From Octopus vulgaris (Eukaryota), in contig OX597825.1 of assembly GCA_951406725.2 (NCBI GenBank), forward strand, positions 85,622,001 to 85,686,000: a stretch of DNA of 64,000 nt, given 5' to 3'. A program made the translations under genes and the position numbers. Shown in pieces: positions 57,873 through 64,000 of the stretch (its first letter is position 1; every line of letters starts with the position of its first letter). The notes beneath the pieces were generated by a model that worked only from the letters and a program-made list of their open reading frames with translations, was not told where the DNA came from and searched no databases.

Positions 57873-58001
57873 ATGTTTAATTAAAAATAGCAGGAATATA
57901 AAAAAAACTAGGAGACACAAAACATTCGCTGCTTAGATATTCCCATATTTTTGAAGCTTTTCTATGGAAAGTAACACTAGGATTCTTACTGAAAGAAAAT
58001 T

Positions 58002-58080
58002 TTGATAGGGTGCTCAGATATTTTAATACGGGGCTCACATATTTTAATAGGGTACTCGTATAATACGGTACTCATATATA
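58002..58080. repeat. ~21-bp tandem repeat, 3-4 units
   Basis: TTTAATAGGGTxCTCAxATAT-like unit repeated. Confidence 0.75.
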
Positions 58081-58373
58081 TTGATTTCAATCTTCGGTAC
58101 AAGGCCACAATTTGGGGGATGGGAGAAGTCGAATACGTCGGCCACAGTGCTCAACTGGTTCATATTTTATCGAAATGTATATTAGTATATTGATAGGGAC
58201 CACAAGCGATATTTCAGGCTAAAGTTTCATGTCAGGTAAGAATCACGGTTTCTGTTCTTTTTCCATCGCATGATAGATAGAAAGATAGATATACATATGC
58301 ATTTTTATACCAATATATCCAATAGCTGTTGCAACAGTTCTGTAAAGCATGTTTAAAATACAACCTATATTCC

Positions 58374-58444
<71 letters not shown>

Positions 58445-58445
<1 letters not shown>

Positions 58446-58860
58446 CTATTGGCAATAAAATAATGTCTAAGATTTCCCAAGAATATACAAAAAGGGAAAA
58501 CAATATCTATAAAAGATATCTCCAATATTGAATAAAACCGTATGCTGCAGAAAAGTTTATTCTTTAGACAGGATTTCGCTCGAATCAATAAAGACTTCCT
58601 CTCCGATTCATAAATAATCCGTTACCGCAGGATATATTAATGATGTGATAATCAGTTCTTTAGGAATCTGTTACAATGAGGATTATTAATAACAAATTGA
58701 ATAGATTAACTTGAGGTAATGTAGTCGTTTTGGAGTCAAACTGCCCTAAATTCCTCGTTGTAGTTAAGAATATCTGAAGAAAGCTGTGATAACATTTGAA
58801 GATGTGTAGAACAAGAACCGGAGACATAAATTTTGATGCGTGCAATAGGAAAAAATATTT
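58445..58860 (+). mobile_element. Possible ancient Penelope-like RT C-terminal remnant
   Basis: Broken-frame pieces resemble the YPxxxIxxxI and KLPYI motifs of PLE RTs. Weak. Confidence 0.25.
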
Positions 58861-60069
58861 AACAACAATCTAGAAGAGTTAGGGTGGTTTACCTTTAAGT
58901 TAAAAATAATAATTACTTGAAGGATATCAGTTAAATGCCAACTACCCATGTTTCCTGACGTCGTAGGTATTTTTTTAAAAACAAATCTAGAAATTTTACC
59001 ATACATTCTTGAAAACGAAATTTACATTATTCATAAACCAGTTTTGATTCTAAGGGAGTGTTGTTTATGTTAAGATGAGCGGCACGTGGCTAGAGCCCTC
59101 ACCAAATTCTGGGCCTCAATACGTCCGAGGAGGATCTCCTTCAACACAAGCACACTCTTAATTAAAATAACATTCTAAAGGACTGACCCATCTTTTTAGA
59201 AATGACTTCAATCACCAACAAATTTTGACACTCTAAAGAAGAACTCGTGGGACCTACAAGGGAGTATTATTCCCTCAACATGGATGGTGCAACTGCACAC
59301 AGACATCCTGAAAATGGCTGCTGAGCTGACTGGATTTTCTTTCGTTTTTCCCCTATATTCTTTTTTTTTTTTGTTTTCGTTTCTTCCTTTCTCCTTGTTT
59401 CCTTATTTCCTTATTTCCTTATTTCTCTAGCTTTCTTCCCCTTTGTCTCCAGCACATGACTTTATAAATGAACAATATGGTGGGTTTACTTTAAGGGCCT
59501 ACATATGTATGCAATTGGGGTTCTTTGTCCTAGGTGTTGGGAAGACACTCAACAAGAAATGGCAACAAAACTGAAAGAAGCTAATGATAAAAATAATAAC
59601 AATAATATTCCTAATGTTGTTGATAATGACGATAAATCATTATCATTATCATCATCATCGTTGTCGTAATCGTTGTCGTCATGATAATGGGGAATATCCC
59701 CCACCTCACTCCCGCCATGTCCTACACCATGTGTACAGAGCAGCCGGCGGCAGAGTTATATTTTTATCATTTGATGGTTTTTTTATCTGATCGTCATTTT
59801 TATTTCTGTTCTAACTGGAATTCCACCAACGATTGGCTGATTCCACACAAGAATGTCTTGCTACATTTTTATCAATTCTAATTCCGATCCACATTGTGAC
59901 ACTTTTAGAAGATAAATTACACTTTTTGTTATTCCCAGTGGAACTATTTATACGGCTTTTATATGTCTCAAACCATACTTACAGGAAAGTATTATCGTCA
60001 ACATCATCTTCATCATCAGCCTCATCATCCTCATCATCATTATTATCATGTTGTTGTTATTATCATCAA

Positions 60070-60203
<134 letters not shown>

Positions 60204-60776
60204 TTTATCTACCGGTCGAGTATAATCGAGAAGGTCAACTATCGAAAGCATTCCAGTGTCAGCCATTAATCCTTTTTAAAGGATTTCTGTGGATTCTATG
60301 ATGGACTTATTTCCTTATTTAAAATGGTTACAAGAAATTTACTGGAGGTTTGACTGCTAATTCCAACATGTCATACGACCACAGACAAGCTTTCTTGCTA
60401 GTATTACAGTTATGGGTGTGTGTGTGTGTGTGTGCGTGCGAGTGTGTGTAGGCGTGTGTAAGATTCCCTCACTTTACGTAAGCAATGTTTTCCTGAAAAT
60501 TTGACCGTAATGCGAAATTGATTTTTCTATTTTCATATTATCAAATGAGATTGCGTTCCTACGGACATTTTCGAAAGATAAGAACATTAAGAAACATAAG
60601 AAAACAACAAAGTACAAGCAACGCGATCGTCTTTTATTCTCGAAGATAATTTCTAAACATACAGTGTGGAAACAGAAAAAGATTTCAAGCGGAATACGTC
60701 AGGGAATTAGGAAGAATCGCAATACATCGTATGTTTATTGTATGCATACATGTATGCGCCTTTTGTATTTTAAACA

Positions 60777-60820
<44 letters not shown>

Positions 60821-61403
60821 TGTGCGTGTGTGTGTGTAAACACAGAAATACACATGTATATACACACATAGATAGATAGATAGATAGATACATACATACA
60901 TACATACATACATACATACATACATAAATACATAGACAGGCAGGTAGATAGATAATAGATAGGTAGATAGATAGGTAGAGAGATAGAGATAGGTGCCATA
61001 AATCTGGTGATGTTTTAAAAGCCCAGGAAACTTTAAGTAATGTGCAGCTGCGCCAACTGAATGTGTCAGTACTACTGTTTTCATTTGTTCAACCATTTGT
61101 ATATTTGTGTGTGTGTGTGTGTGTGTGTATACATGCATACATATACATATGTGTGTATGTGTGTGTGTGTGTATTTATATATATTTAGTCAAAACTATTT
61201 TAGAGATAATCTTGCCATGGAATCGGGCAGCTGGCGTTATTGTCTTGTAATTATGTATCAAGATTTTTCCAATATTTCAAAGAGACAGGAAAAATATATG
61301 AAAATAAAATATTGCACTCCACAAAGTTATATAACCATTTTCTAAGACACTGTGTGGAATATGCTAGTATATACACACATAGATAGATAGATACATACAT
61401 ACA

Positions 61404-61437
<34 letters not shown>

Positions 61438-61696
61438 CATACATACATATGTGTGTGTGTATACATACATATGTGTACGTATATATGCATGTATGTATAT
61501 ATGCATGTATGTATGCATGTATGTATGTATGCATGCATGTATGTATGTATGTATGTATGTATGTATGTATGTATGTATGTATGTATGTATGTATGTATTG
61601 TGACCCACAGCGTGGATGTTCTATTGTTGACTCATTACAGATGTTAGAGCCAGGTAGACGAGGAATGACAAAAGAAAAAAAGGAACTCTTCTCTCC

Positions 61697-61764
<68 letters not shown>

Positions 61765-61965
61765 CTCGCTCTATCTCTCACACACAAAAACATATATATT
61801 CATGTATATAAGTAGTGGAACCATAATGATTCTGGAGAAAAGTTGATTGATGAAATGGGTTTCAATACAAGAGTTTTATTTTTTTTTTCGTTTATCTCGC
61901 TTAATAATCTCCATATATGTCCTTCGCTATTACATATATATTTATATATATATATATATGTGGTC

Positions 61966-62058
<93 letters not shown>

Positions 62059-62059
<1 letters not shown>

Positions 62060-62290
62060 AAGGCGGAGAGCTGGCAGAAATGCTAGCACAAGTGCGAAAT
62101 GCTTCGAGGTATTTTGTCTCTGTTTATGTTCCCAGTTCAAATTCCGCCGAGGTCGACTTTGTCTTTCATCCTTTCGGGGTCGATTAAATAAGTACCAGTT
62201 ACGAATTGAGGTCTATGTAATCAACTTAATCCCTTTGTCTATCCTTGTTTGTCCCCTCTTTGTTTAGCACCCTGTGGGCAATAAAAAATA
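62059..62290 (+). mobile_element. SINE family A, tail type 1
   Basis: Aligns with 5031-5249. Confidence 0.9.
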
Positions 62291-62296
62291 TATGTA

Positions 62297-62339
<43 letters not shown>

Positions 62340-62341
<2 letters not shown>

Positions 62342-62526
62342 CTTATAAATAAGGGCAAACGAAAAGATTTCTAATGCCAAATATGCCGAAAAATTGGACA
62401 TATTGTCCATTACCATATAATTTTTCACAATATGCACGTGAAAAATTATATGGTAATGGACAATATGTCCAATTTTTCGGCATATTTGGCATTAGAAATT
62501 TTTACGTTTGCCCTTATTTATAAGTT
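62340..62526. repeat. Near-perfect palindrome with ~89-bp arms and a 9-nt loop
   Basis: 62340-62428 is the reverse complement of 62438-62526 with about two mismatches. Loop AATATGCAC. Confidence 0.95.
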
Positions 62527-62609
62527 GTTTATAATTTTAACCTTTAAAGGTATTTTTTAATATGCTGGCCATTGATAAAAAGTTTTTTCGAAAACATTTT
62601 ATCCTACAT

Positions 62610-62658
<49 letters not shown>

Positions 62659-62714
62659 GTGAGTGTGTGCATTTCAGCAGAAGGACTACAATTTTGCTGG
62701 TAGTTATTTATTCC

Positions 62715-62850
62715 CTTACATCGACCCTAATACCTGACTGGCACTATATCTTATCGAACTCAGAGGAATGAAAGGCAAAGATGACCTCGATCGAATTCGA
62801 ACTCAAAACCTGAACAACGGCAAGTAACGATTCTACTGCCAATCCACCGC
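62715..62850 (-). mobile_element. SINE family A, degenerate
   Basis: GGAATGAAAGGCAAAGATGACCTCG..ATTCGAACTCA is the reverse-complement core and B box. Confidence 0.65.
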
Positions 62851-63121
62851 TATTCAGCTGCCAACTATAATAAACAACACCGAGTGAACTCTGCGAGTAC
62901 AAGAGATATATTTTAGTGGAATAGTTTAGCATTATGTCAATTCTGGGATCGATCTTGTATTGATAATTTTCGATAGATGCTTCACACCCTGACATATTAT
63001 CTCTTTCCAGATATATTTTAATGATGAGTCTCTAGCAATGTATTGATCTTCTAACTAAAAATATTCACTTCACTTCACAACACTAGTGCACAGCAATAAT
63101 TCATAGGTACTGTTGTTATTG

Positions 63122-63157
<36 letters not shown>

Positions 63158-63158
63158 T

Positions 63159-63205
<47 letters not shown>

Positions 63206-63249
63206 TTATTATTATTATTATTATTATTATTGTTATTATTATTCGTTAT

Positions 63250-63450
63250 TAATCGTTGGCATGCCGGGCAAAAACCTTGGCGGCATTTCGCCCGTCTTTA
63301 CGTTCTGAGTTCAAATTCCACCGAGGTTGACTTTGCCTTTCCTCCTTCTGGGGTCGATAAAACAAGTACCAATTGAGCACTGGGGTCGCTTTATCGACTT
63401 ACTCCCTCTCCTGAACTTGCTGGCCTCGTGCCAAAATTTGGAATCATTAC
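63250..63450 (+). mobile_element. SINE family A
   Basis: B box, core and type-2-like tail. Confidence 0.85.
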
Positions 63451-63461
63451 TGTTATTATCA

Positions 63462-63524
<63 letters not shown>

Positions 63525-63526
63525 GT

Positions 63527-63745
63527 AAGGCGGTGAGTTGGCCGAATTGTTAACACGCCGGACAAAGCGCTTAGCGGCATTTCTTCTTGCTTTACGTTCT
63601 TGGTTCAAATTCCACCGAGGTTGACTTCGCATTTCTTTCTTTCAGGCTCGATCAAATAACTACCAGTTGATTACTGCGATCGAAGTAATTGATTATTCCG
63701 CTCCCCTAATATTTCAGGCCTTGTGCCTATAATGAAATGGACTAT
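63527..63745 (+). mobile_element. SINE family A (second tandem copy)
   Basis: Head, B box and core, separated from the previous copy by (TTA)n. Confidence 0.85.
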
Positions 63746-64000
63746 TATCGTCATCATCTTCGCCATTGGACGGCGGTAGATGTTCAGAATCGGTAGAGCA
63801 CCGACCAAAGAGACTTTCGTCCTGTGATATCAGAGATCTAATACTGTTGAGATTCACCACTTCTTACCTGCTACGGTTGGTTAATGGCATTTCACTCTGA
63901 ACTTCCAATATTTGGAATTATTTCTTCAGAATCTTGGTGCTATAAAAACTATAACACATGTCAATTTGGCATTTAATCTTCTTCGAAGTCGCCACCCCCA

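Overview
AT-rich animal genomic DNA, very dense in microsatellites ((TA)n, (CA)n, (GATA)n, (ACAT)n, (AAT)n) and short retroposons. The SINE families and repeat spectrum suggest an octopus or other coleoid cephalopod (inference). No intact protein-coding gene is visible, and nearly all ORFs in the track are microsatellite translations. Recognisable coding remnants are: an intronless, truncated exportin-6 (XPO6) fragment (~20487-21023), a CR1/L2-type LINE RT 3' end (~34110-35064), an internally deleted Penelope-like element (~45715-46520), and weaker LINE, Helitron and Penelope remnants. At least three tRNA-derived SINE families, a Tigger/pogo-type MITE, a hAT MITE and two palindromic elements inside (TA)n are present. 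The most interesting signal is a recurring set of hammerhead-ribozyme-like motifs in short microsatellite-embedded elements. One of these has a tRNA/Pol III head, a hammerhead-like 3' end and an inverted 5' copy of that end, making it a candidate Penelope-mobilised SINE or retrozyme. All homology calls come from recognition by eye, not database searches.
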